Source of the DNA: Octopus bimaculoides
Lineage: Eukaryota
Reading direction: 5' to 3'
Length of the DNA stretch: 32,461 bases
Assembly (NCBI RefSeq): GCF_001194135.2
Contig: NC_068983.1
Location: 11,725,987-11,758,447 of the forward strand
The notes below the pieces were generated by a model, which ran no database searches, was not told the DNA's origin, and was given only the letters and a program-made list of their open reading frames with translations. The position numbers and the translations under genes were made by a program. This document shows, piece after piece, positions 22,541 to 32,461 of the stretch (position 1 is its first letter; each line of letters begins with the position of its first letter).

Positions 22541-22930
22541 GTGGTAAGTAGCTTGCTTACCAACCACATGGTTCCAGGTTCAGTCCCACTGCGTGGCACC
22601 TTGGGCAAGTGTCTTCTACTATAGCCTCGGGTCGACCAAAGCCTTGTGAGTGGATTTGGTAGACGGAAACTGAAAGAAGCCTGTCGTATATATGTATATA
22701 TATATGTGTGTGTGTGTGTTTATGTGTCTGTGTTTGTCCCCCACCCCTTGCTTGACAGCTGATGCTGGTGTGTTACGTCGCAGTAACTTAGCGGTTCGGC
22801 ATAAGAGACTGATAGAATAAGTGCTAGGCTTACAAGGAATAAGTCCTGGGGTCGATTTGCTCGATTAAAGGTGGTGCTCTAGCTTCGCCGCAGTCAAATG
22901 ACTGAAACAAGTAAAAGAAAGAGTAAAGAG
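22541..22930 (+). mobile_element. SINE family A, near full length
   Basis: B-box GGTTCAGTCCC, CCTTGGGCAAGT motif, internal (TA/TG)n tract and AAAAGAAAGAGTAAAGAG tail. Confidence 0.9.
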
Positions 22931-23296
22931 TATATATATATATATAAGTATAGTGAATAGAATGGAACAAGTTCAAGCAATGCAGACTATGATTAACACG
23001 TTCATATATGGGTTTAGTTAAGATGAAATAAGGATTGTCTGAACTAAATCATATATTGATATATATTGTGAGTTTGGACAATCTTTATTCTATCTTAACT
23101 AAACCTGTATATGTATGTGTTAATTGTAGTTGTCTGATTTGAACATTTTCCATTCTATCCAACACACTTATCTAATGCCTCAGGTTCAACTTGAACATGT
23201 CTATGCAATATATGTGTTTCGTAAGAAAATTATAACTATATATACACACACACATGTCTAGGCATATACACATATGAATATTTATATATATTCTTT

Positions 23297-23503
23297 TCTA
23301 CTCTAGGCACAAGGCCCAAAATGTTTGGGGAGGGGCCAGTTGATTAGATTGACTCCAGTGTGCAACTGGCACTTAATTTATCGACTCCGAAAGGATAAAA
23401 GGCAAAGTCGACCTTGGCGGAATTTGAACTCAGAACGTAACGGCAGACGAAATACCTCTAAGCATTTCGCCCGGCGTGCTAACGTTTCTGCTAGCTCGCC
23501 GCC
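23297..23503 (-). mobile_element. SINE family B variant with alternative 3' tail
   Basis: Head is near-identical to family B. The 3' end differs (CCCCTCCCCAAACATTTTGGGCCTTGTGCCTAGAG). Confidence 0.85.
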
Positions 23504-24262
23504 TTATATTTATATATATCTATACAAAATGTACATACATACACACACTTGGAGTTAGAACATACATTTAGTCCAATGATACCTTAAAATCTTTAAAAAT
23601 GCATGTAATAGTTATAATATAATTCTTTTATAGCGCCTCTTCATAAATTTACTAATTTACCTCATATCTCTCTTAATTTTGTCTTATGTTCTTCTTCTAC
23701 ACTTTTTAATTCTCTACATTTTACTGGCAACTTCTGTCTCAGTCAATACCCTTGGATGTTTATACTGTATTATTGCTGCCAAAAGATCATTTTGCCCATT
23801 ATATATAGCAGGGCATGCCTAGCTTGCTTTCTCTTTTTACTTCCTTTCAATGAATTCTCTTTGATCTTCATTCTCTATTCTGTTTCCCTCAAAATTCAAT
23901 TCATGATATGTCTTCACTAGTTTGATTCTAATCAACTATATAGCCTTTCTTCTGTTTTCAACTAATACTAATCAGGCCTAGTTCATATATGTAAGTAGAT
24001 AAAGGCAGGATATGGATTTTAGGTCAAAACATAGGTTTATTGTTATCTCAGATAATTTGAAAAAGCGAATGTTTTGGAAAATTAATAACAGCAGAAAGTA
24101 AATACTCTGCTTATTAAGGAAAAGATCCCAATTCTCAAGTCATATTTCCAGAGCTTCTCTACTGCACTGATTGCATGCAGTGCAGTGACCTTTTTAAGGA
24201 TTTCAAGTCCTATTATCAGGCCAGGAAATATAGGAAATATTATTAGCCTTGAGATGATGGAT

Positions 24263-24780
24263 ATCATCATCATCATCGTTTAACGTCTGCCTTCCATGCT
24301 TGCATGGGTTGGATGATTTGACTGAGGACTGGTGAATCGGATGGCTGCACCAGGCTCCAATCTGATCTGGCAGAGTTTCTACAGCTGGATGCCCTTCCTA
24401 ACACCAACCACTCCGAGAGTGTCGTGGGTGCTTTTACATGCCACCGGCACNNNNNNNNNNCGAGAGTGTCGTGGGTGCTTTTACATGCCACCGGCACAAG
24501 GGCCAGTCAGGCGGTACTGGCAACGGCCATGCTCAAGTGGTGTTTTTTACATGCCACCTGCACAGGAGCCAGTCCAGCGGCACTGGCAACGACCTTGTTT
24601 GAATGTTTTTTCATGTGCCCCCCGGCACAAGTGCCAGTAAGGCGATGCTGGTAACAATCACGCTCAAATGGTGCTTTTTACGTGCCACCGGCATGGAAGC
24701 CAGTCAGCTGCTCTGGCAGCGATCACACTCGGATGGTGCTCTTAGCACTCCACTGGCTCGGATGCTAGTCATCGAATTTG
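24263..24780 (-). mobile_element. RTE family E 3' UTR with about 4-5 modules
   Basis: (ATC)n tail on the + strand followed by tandem modules. Contains a 10-N gap. Confidence 0.88.
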
Positions 24781-25242
24781 CAAAATCTGCTAAAATGTGG
24801 AGGGTTGATGCATAATATAAGAAAATGAGCAGGCATAAGCTAAGAAGTTTCCTTTTAAACCAGTGTAAGAACTAATACATATTTTGTCAAATTTTTGTAT
24901 AGACAGTGCATCTATGAACAACATTATATCATATGGAGTGACCACCCGAAGGGCAATTGTTGAGTAGTCTCCAATTACATTTGTTTATGCCACGTTATTG
25001 TTCCCATAACATCTGTGTATTATATCTATCACAATCAACATTACTAATGCCAATATTATTATGATTATTGTTATTCCTATTAATATTAACATGAATATAA
25101 CTATCTTTCCTGTGTTTACTACTGGGACAATTATTATTATTCCGAAGCTGTTACATGCTAATTCAATTAGTAGGTATGTTATCTAGACTGTTTCTTAGGA
25201 TTCTTCCAAAATACAGGATTGCACTGTTTTTGCAGGTCAACA

Positions 25243-25545
25243 ATCTCTTGAGTGAATGCAGTAAGCTAGCACAAAATGAGTATAATTGCGATCAAGACTG
25301 TAGGTAAAAGAGTGCATTGGGATGCTAGCCAAGTGCGTGGCTTCAAAATAAAAGACAAGTGGCATGAACACAAACCAGAGGCTATGATAGAGAATAAAAA
25401 TTACAAGATTTTATGGGACTTCCACATAAAGACTGGCCATACTATTGAAGTAAGAATACCAGATATGGTTATAGAAGACAAAAGAAACAAAATGTAAGAT
25501 CATAGACTTAGCAATACTGGGTGGGTAGCAAAGATATTGAATGAA
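25243..25545 (+). mobile_element. R4/Dong/Rex6-like non-LTR retrotransposon, zinc-knuckle/REL fragment
   Basis: LSECSKLAQNEY..., VHW, KWHEHKPE, KILWDFHIKT, RIPDMVIEDK and KIIDLAI, with frameshifts. Confidence 0.75.
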
Positions 25546-25632
25546 AAATATCAGAACCACGCCAGAGGGATGTAGGGATTGGGGAGACTAGTTATTATTA
25601 TTATTTGCATCATCATCATCATCATCATCAAT

Positions 25633-25820
25633 AAGGTACTGAGCTGGCAGAATTGTTAACTTGCTGGGTGAAATGCTCAGTAGTATTTCATCTGTCTTTA
25701 CATTTTGACTTTGCCTTTAATCTTTTTAGGGTCAATAAATTAAGTACCAGTGAAACAGTGGGGGGCCAATGTAATCAATTTATCCCCTCCTCAAAATTTC
25801 AGGCCTTGTGCCTTTATTAG
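25633..25820 (+). mobile_element. SINE B-variant, diverged and internally deleted
   Basis: GAGCTGGCAGAA head; GGGTCAATAAATTAAGTACCAG; tail as at 23297. Confidence 0.7.
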
Positions 25821-25899
25821 AAAGGATTTTATTATTATGAATGGAATAGCTACAAGCAGAATAGAACATCTATATATCTATATCTATCCATATATCTGT

Positions 25900-25976
<77 letters not shown>

Positions 25977-25977
<1 letters not shown>

Positions 25978-26150
25978 GGAGTAAGCACATGAAATGTGCA
26001 GCAAGGTGGAAAAAAGAGTACTCAAATACCAGAGGTAGAGTAATATGCTTTATTTAAAAGCAGCAGAAATATAACAATGTCCGATGAACGGGAACGTGAA
26101 ACTCAGAGTAACGGTTTTTTTGTTATATTTCTGCTGCTTTTAAATAAAGT
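25977..26150. mobile_element. probable Penelope-like remnant with inverted duplication
   Basis: Perfect 30-bp inverted repeat at 26048-26077 / 26120-26149 enclosing a hammerhead-like motif. Flanked by (TA)n on both sides. Confidence 0.55.
26078..26115 (+). ncRNA. minimal type-I hammerhead ribozyme-like motif
   Basis: TGT-CCGATGA-ACG(GGAA)CGT-GAAA-CT(CAG)AG-TA^ACG. Stems I, II and III and a GUA triplet are all present. One core deviation (CCGA for CUGA). Confidence 0.5.
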
Positions 26151-26209
26151 ATATATATATATATATATATAGACACATACATACATACATATATATATAT
26201 AATTATATA

Positions 26210-27495
26210 ATCATTATCATCAACATCATTTAATGTCTGTTTTCCATGCTGGGATGGGTTGAATGGTTTGACAGGAGCTGGTAATACTGGAAACCATGCC
26301 AAGCTCCATTGTTTCGTCATGGTTTCTACAATTGGATACCCTCCCTAACACCAACCACTTTACAGAGTGTACTGGGTGCTTTTAACACAGCACCAACACC
26401 AGTGCATTTTATGAAGCACCAGCACTGACAAAGTCATCAAATAACTTGCGAGACGAAACACTTTGGCTGGGAAGGAAGGGGAAGTATTCAAGCAATTGAG
26501 AGATTAAAGGTATAGAGAGACAAGGATAGGTGTGTTGCTGTAGAGTAGGCACATGGGTATGACAGTAGGGAAGAAAAGAAGTTGGTAAGATAAAAAGAGT
26601 AGGTGAGGAAGAGAGAGTAAGATAAAGATAGAAATAGTGAGAGAGATGGTGGCAAAAATATCAACACATACTCTCAAGGGACATTGAGGTGGTGAGAATA
26701 AGTGGGCTGAAACAGAGTGAACTGAGAGGGTGGAATGGAAAGTGGTGTCTGTAGCAAATGATGGAGTGAAATATGGGAAAGGCTCAGAGGTGGTGGTTGC
26801 AATAGATATGTGATGTCACTGAGGGTGATAGCAAATAAGCAAGGTGGGTGTTAATGATGGAGAATAGCAGAGATGAGAAGGCACAAAAAAGGTGGTGATT
26901 GGTGGAGACTGTAAGCAGGAGAAGATAATGGGAAACGGTAGGGGTTCACAGTAGGAGGGGGTGGAGGGGCAGCTGAGAAAGCCAGACAATGTGGTATGTG
27001 ACTACTTTGCTCTCCACTAATAGAGAAGTGATGTGTGTTAGGAAATGAAGTGTGAGGCAAAAAGTAGACAGGTCAGAGAGGATGGAAGTGGGGGTGGGGT
27101 AAAACCCTTCATGGACAAGCATTACCAAGGGGTGGTGGACAGAGCTTCTTGAGTACAGCAAAGCGCCAGAGATCTTGATCCTTTTCCACTCCTTCATGAG
27201 GTTCGGTGTCTTGAAATCAGTCATCAATACGTCATTCCATACTTTCCTGGGTCTCCCTCTTTGGCAAGTTCCATCCACTTTAAGAGATCAGCACTTTTTT
27301 ATGAAGCTATCCACATCCATACAAATCACATGACCAAACCAGCACAGTTGTCTCACCTGAACATTGCATCTCATTCGTCTTATGCCTAACTTTTCCCTCA
27401 ATACACTATCACACATATACACTGACATTGTACATCCAAGGGAGCATGTTAACTTCATTCCTCTCTAGTCTTTGCATGTCTTCTGCATTCAGCAT
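26210..27495 (-). mobile_element. old 5'-truncated RTE LINE, ORF C-terminus to (GAT)n tail
   Basis: LNAEDMQRLERNEVNMLPWM...LREKLGI...LCWFGHV...DGTCQRGRPRKVWNDV. Degenerate E-like terminal domain at 26215-26400. Confidence 0.8.
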
Positions 27496-27509
27496 AAAGC
27501 TAGCATACT

Positions 27510-28650
27510 TCATTGGATGAGAAATGTAAATGTGCATGAACAAAAAATCACACGTGTTGAGAGAAAAACAAGGTAGAAGAGAAATCCAATGTAGGGTACA
27601 AGAACGAAGACTTGCACTGGTATGAATATATGATGTATATGGATGAAGACAGTTGTATAAAGAAGTGTCAACTACTTAAAAGGGATAGAGTTTGTAAAAG
27701 AGGGATACCTAGGAAGATATGGGACAAAGTGACAAAGGCTAATTTCAGGATCATGAATGTCACAGAGATGAAAAAGGACGAAGATGACTTGCAATAAGCA
27801 GTTCTTGAGCAGACTCATTCATTTTGTGCAAAACTGGATTCTCTGCCCAGTTCCTTCCTAAAGACATTCCCACTACCTGTAATTTCTCTAACTGCATCAT
27901 TCTGCTACAACAATTAAATACTGGCTGAACTGCTCACCAGCATTTCCTTCATACACTTATCCTGCTTACTGTTGTTGTTGGCACTCCGTTGTTTATGACG
28001 AGGGTTCCAGTTGAATCAATCAACAGGACGGCCTGCTCGTGAAATTAAGGTGCAAGTGGCTGAGCACTCCACAGACACGCGTACCCTTAACGTAGTTCTC
28101 GGGGATATTCGGCATGATACAGTGTGACAAGGCTGACCCTTTGAATTACAGGTACAACAGAAACAGGAAGTAAGAGTGAGAGAAAGTTGTGGTGGAAGAG
28201 TACAGCAGGGTTCGCCACCATCCCCTGCCGGAGCCTCGTGGAGCTTTTAGGTGTTTTTGCTCAATAAACACTCACAACGCCTGGTCTGGGAATCGAAACC
28301 GCAATCCTATGACCACGAGTCCGCTGCCCTAACCACTGGGCCATTGCGCCTCCATTATCCTGCTTACTACCCACAGACATTTCACTTGATATCAATCTTT
28401 CATTCTTAATACTGTCCTATCTACCCGCATTTTACATTGATACCATACCTGAGCCGCCAAATTATCTTTCCACCATGACAACTCATCATCATTAATTTTC
28501 TCTCTCTCTCCAGCTCCACTCCCACCTTCTCTTTTTTAAATATGTTGCTCATCAATAGCAGGAAACCTGTTCTGCTCTGGTCCCTTCTCACTCACTTAAA
28601 CCTCTCATCACATAACATAACGCCACCACTCTCTCTACTGTAGTTCCATT
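27510..28650 (+). mobile_element. old RTE LINE C-terminus plus pyrimidine-rich 3' UTR
   Basis: LHWYEYMMYMDEDSCIKKC...RGIPRKIWDKV (ORF 27612-27797). The UTR extent is inferred. Confidence 0.65.
27971..28354 (-). mobile_element. SINE family D, full length with (CAA)n tail
   Basis: Exact 14-bp TSD TTATCCTGCTTACT at 27957-27970 and 28355-28368. A-box TGGCCCAGTGG and B-box GGTTTCGATTCC. Confidence 0.92.
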
Positions 28651-28743
28651 TACTAGAATGAGACATTAAATCTATTAGTGCTGATGCCTTGAAAACAGAT
28701 TCAGTATACACAATAAAGCAGTTGCTAACAAGAAGAGCATCTT

Positions 28744-28922
28744 CAAAGGGGCTACTGAAAAGTTCAGTTAATTTTATTCAACATACTCCCCTCTCAGATT
28801 CACACACTTATTGCAGTGGTCCTCCAGTTTTTCTAAGGCCTGTAAAAGAACTTGGACAGTTGAGCTTGCAACCAGGCTTTTTGCGATACCCTTAAAGCTA
28901 GGAACTTTTCAGTACCCCCTCG
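28744..28922. mobile_element. mariner-derived MITE
   Basis: About 22-bp TIRs CAAAGGGGCTACTGAAAAGTTC / GGAACTTTTCAGTACCCCCTCG, with TA at 28923-24. Resembles irritans/Hsmar2-type ends (recall). Confidence 0.75.
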
Positions 28923-29235
28923 TAGATGTAGAAACCTTGCCATGACAGTCATTAGAGCTTGAAGTAGTCACTGAACTTGTTGGATTCTGTAAAATCATCC
29001 AAACTATATTAGCATCAAACACAGATGTTACATGGTGATTATACTGATATGTACACACACACACACACACATTTATATATAATCTTAAAATAAGAAAACA
29101 CATATCTTGTAAAAACAGCTACCCAGGGTTTCCTGGTTGAAAATAATAATTTATTCCTCCATTAATCAAACTGAAAATTAAGTTTATCATTATTCTCTTA
29201 GCTGATCAAGTGCTTTTCTACAAAAATGTGTGTGA

Positions 29236-29480
29236 AGGAATATGTGGCCTAGTGGCTGAGCTGTTGAACTCACAATTGTTAGATCATTGGTTTGATTCCC
29301 AGATCAGGCAGCACATTGTGTTCTTGAGCAAAATAATTCACTTCACATTTTTTCAGTCCCCCTTTTGATCAGTGGGGAATGTTGGCCTGCTTACCTAGCC
29401 AATGGAGTAGTGTCATACAAAGGTTAAAATGATGCAAAGCGCATCGTGACTAGTGATATGTAACAACATCTGATAGTCTG
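29236..29480 (+). mobile_element. diverged family C-like SINE
   Basis: TGTGGCCTAGTGG...GGTTTGATTCCC...TGTGTTCTTGAGCAA, with a different 3' part. Confidence 0.6.
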
Positions 29481-29501
29481 GTCAGTCAAATGGTCACATA
29501 G

Positions 29502-29555
<54 letters not shown>

Positions 29556-29821
29556 ATTATCATCAACAACATTCAACGTCCACTTTTCTATGCTTACATA
29601 AGCCAGAGTTTATTGAGGTAAATTTCAAGGGCCACACACACAATACTTGTCGTCAGTCCTCACCTATTTCTGAACAACATAATATTTTCCCATGCCCAGA
29701 CGTGTTCCAGCTGAATATTGGAAATGAATGATATTGCATAAATGACAATGAAAAGCATTTTACAACTATCATGTGATTTGAAGAAAAGGAGACATAACCA
29801 CACACACACACTCACCCACAC

Positions 29822-30243
29822 ACCCATGCCAACGTCGTTTCCTTCATTGGACACGAAACTGAGCTTGCAAAGACTTATTGGGGCAAGCGAAAGCGAAATC
29901 GTGATGGCACCTGTGCTCAGCGTTGCCTTTCTGGCACTTGTGCCCACGGCATGTACAAGGACTTTCGAGCGAGATCATTGCCAGTGCCCCTGGACTGTCT
30001 CCCGTGCAGGTAGCACGTAGAAAACACCATTTTGAGCATGGCCGTTGCCAGTATTGCCTGACTGGCCTTCGTGCCGGTGGCACGTAAAAGCATCCACTAC
30101 ACTCTCGGAGTGGTTGGCGTTAGGAAGGGCATCCAGTTGTAGAAACTCTGCCAAATCAGATTGGAGCCTGGTGTAACCACCTGGTTCACCAGTCCTCAGT
30201 CAAATCATCCAACCCATGCTAGCATGGAAAGCAGACATTAAAC

Positions 30244-30274
<31 letters not shown>
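29822..30274 (+). mobile_element. RTE family E 3' UTR copy with long (GAT)n tail
   Basis: Modules, GGAAGGGCATCC and tail. Same 5' start as 6520-6826. Confidence 0.9.
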
Positions 30275-30913
30275 TAAGTATCCATGGAGATCATCTATTG
30301 CAAGAGCCTGCTCTTCTCTTCTCCTTCACTCATTCTTTCACCCTCGTTTCATAGCATGAAGCCATCTACAATCCTTGGAGTTCATAGATTTGCAGGATGT
30401 ATGAAAACATGACTTGTGACAGCGTCAGGAAAAAAAAAAAAACATCCAAAACATACCATAAGAAGTTTGCATTAGGAAGGGCAAGTAGGCATAGAAACCA
30501 TACCAAAGCAGATACTGGAGCACAATTACAATCAAACCATAAAAGACGAAGTGACCAGGGAACACAGATGTTAAATGATGGGCAAGTCTTGTGTATGTGA
30601 TATGTTTGTCTAAGTAAATGAGTGTCCTTGATTTGACATCACATGATTGCAAAAACCATTACAGTATAATAAGCAATGTTCTGAATTTCTGGGCTTCACT
30701 GGAAAACATATCTGGTCATCTTAAATATTGCTTTGCTTAGAAGCAGGTAAAAGTTGCCAATAAGAGAATCTTGTAGTAGCAGAGCTACCTCAAAGAACCG
30801 TCCAACCCATGCCAGCATAGAGGGCAGACATTAAATGAGGATGAGGATTAAATACACATAATAAATATCTATATACATACTATATAGTTGTATGTCTATA
30901 CACACAATATGTA

Positions 30914-30914
<1 letters not shown>

Positions 30915-30986
<72 letters not shown>

Positions 30987-31069
30987 TACACACACACACA
31001 CACACATACATAATATATCTGTGTATTTGCATAATATATGTATATATGTATATGTGTATATATAAATTA

Positions 31070-31100
<31 letters not shown>

Positions 31101-31125
31101 CATACAAACATACATACATGCATAT
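30915..31125. repeat. (TG)n, (GA)n, (CA)n and (TA)n microsatellite cluster
   Basis: Direct inspection. Followed by the gap at 31126-31497. Confidence 0.9.
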
Positions 31126-31497
31126 NNNNNNNNNNNNNNNNNNNNNNNNNNNNNNNNNNNNNNNNNNNNNNNNNNNNNNNNNNNNNNNNNNNNNNNNNNN
31201 NNNNNNNNNNNNNNNNNNNNNNNNNNNNNNNNNNNNNNNNNNNNNNNNNNNNNNNNNNNNNNNNNNNNNNNNNNNNNNNNNNNNNNNNNNNNNNNNNNNN
31301 NNNNNNNNNNNNNNNNNNNNNNNNNNNNNNNNNNNNNNNNNNNNNNNNNNNNNNNNNNNNNNNNNNNNNNNNNNNNNNNNNNNNNNNNNNNNNNNNNNNN
31401 NNNNNNNNNNNNNNNNNNNNNNNNNNNNNNNNNNNNNNNNNNNNNNNNNNNNNNNNNNNNNNNNNNNNNNNNNNNNNNNNNNNNNNNNNNNNNNNNN

Positions 31498-31689
31498 CTT
31501 AGCGGTATTTCGTCTGCTGCAACGTTCTGAGTTCAAATTCCGCCGAGGTCAACTTTGCCTTTCATCCTTTTGGGGTCGATTAAATAAGTACCAGTTACGC
31601 ACTAGGGTCGATATAATCAACTTAATCCGTTTGTCTGTCCTTGTTTGTCCCCTCTGTGTGTAGCCCCTTGTGGGCAGTAAAGAAATAGG
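31498..31689 (+). mobile_element. SINE family B (head in gap)
   Basis: Reverse complement of 1694-1890. Confidence 0.9.
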
Positions 31690-32350
31690 GAGGGTATCCA
31701 GTCATAGAAACCGTGTACAGGCAGATATTGGAAATTAGTACAATGCTATAATGCAGAAGCTCCTGTCAGAAGGGACAGCTCTTGCCAGCAAAGAAAACGT
31801 CTGCCACACTATAGGACAGCCCCAAGTTCCAGTATCTGCCTTGATATGGTTTCTATGACTGGATGCCTTACCTAATGCCAACCAATATGCAAAGTGCACT
31901 TGTTGCTTTTCCATGGAACCATCAGTAGTGAGGTCATCACGTAACTTGCAAACATGTTCTCCACAATGGAAAGGGTGGTAGTACTGAGGGAGATGGCTTT
32001 ATACCAGAGATGAGAGGCTAAATTATTATGGAGGTATAGGAATATATATACTGCTGTAGGGAGATGATGGTGGGGATGGGTCAAAATGTACCTCAAGTGA
32101 CAGGAATTTGAATATAAGAGGAATGGAGTGGAGTAGATGTGTGAAAGGGGAGTGTCAATGATAGGAATAGAAGTAAATGCAATCAGTGGTGACCATGCTG
32201 GGAGCATGGTCAAGCGCTGGAAGGGGAGTAGGAGGAACTACCTGTAGGTCAGGAGGAATTAGATTTTAGTGACGATGGCAGAAATTCTATGGGGTTGAGT
32301 AGTAGAAAGAAATGAAAAGAGCAAGATACAAAGTCAGAGGTATATAAGGC
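31690..32350 (-). mobile_element. old RTE 3' UTR fragments
   Basis: CTGGATGCCTTACCTAATGCCAACC followed by purine-rich sequence similar to 26330-26900. A short + strand piece lies at 31690-31780. Confidence 0.5.
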
Positions 32351-32363
32351 TGGAAATAATGGG

Positions 32364-32394
<31 letters not shown>

Positions 32395-32461
32395 TATATA
32401 TGTATGTATATATGTGTGTGTATACACAAACATTCATATATATATATATATATATATATAT

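Noticed and set aside
23560-24260. Possible highly decayed LINE coding sequence
   Set aside because: Only vague similarity to RTE motifs with many stops. Cannot be supported by eye.
24414-24497. Exact 37-bp direct repeat on either side of a 10-N gap
   Set aside because: Typical unmerged contig overlap, so an assembly artefact rather than a duplication.
28936-28986. 51-nt AG/GT-bounded minus-strand segment (NPTSSVTTSSSNDCHGK)
   Set aside because: Weak donor GTTTCT, no recognisable homology, and adjacent to a MITE.

Overview
AT-rich, gapped eukaryotic genomic DNA made mostly of transposable-element debris and (TA)n/(CA)n/(GA)n microsatellites. The repeat families look like Octopus, but that is recall-based inference. 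No intact host gene can be supported, and nearly all ORFs in the supplied track come from microsatellites or repeats. The window holds four tRNA-derived SINE families (my labels A-D) and many 5'-truncated RTE-clade LINE 3' ends (young family E plus an older family). It also holds an RTE/BovB-like endonuclease fragment, a decayed CR1/L2-type LINE, an R4-like REL fragment, a Helitron Rep remnant, an internally deleted DD37D (maT) transposon and two MITEs. The most interesting signals are: minimal hammerhead-ribozyme-like motifs and fold-back inversions in probable Penelope-like remnants (4.5, 11.85, 26.1 kb); a LINE 3' UTR built of variable-number hairpin modules; closely spaced inverted repeat pairs that could form dsRNA; and a largely unique CpG-retaining block (about 17.0-18.8 kb) with promoter and splice-like signals. 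All assignments were made by eye without database searches, and boundaries are approximate unless a TSD or TIR is given.
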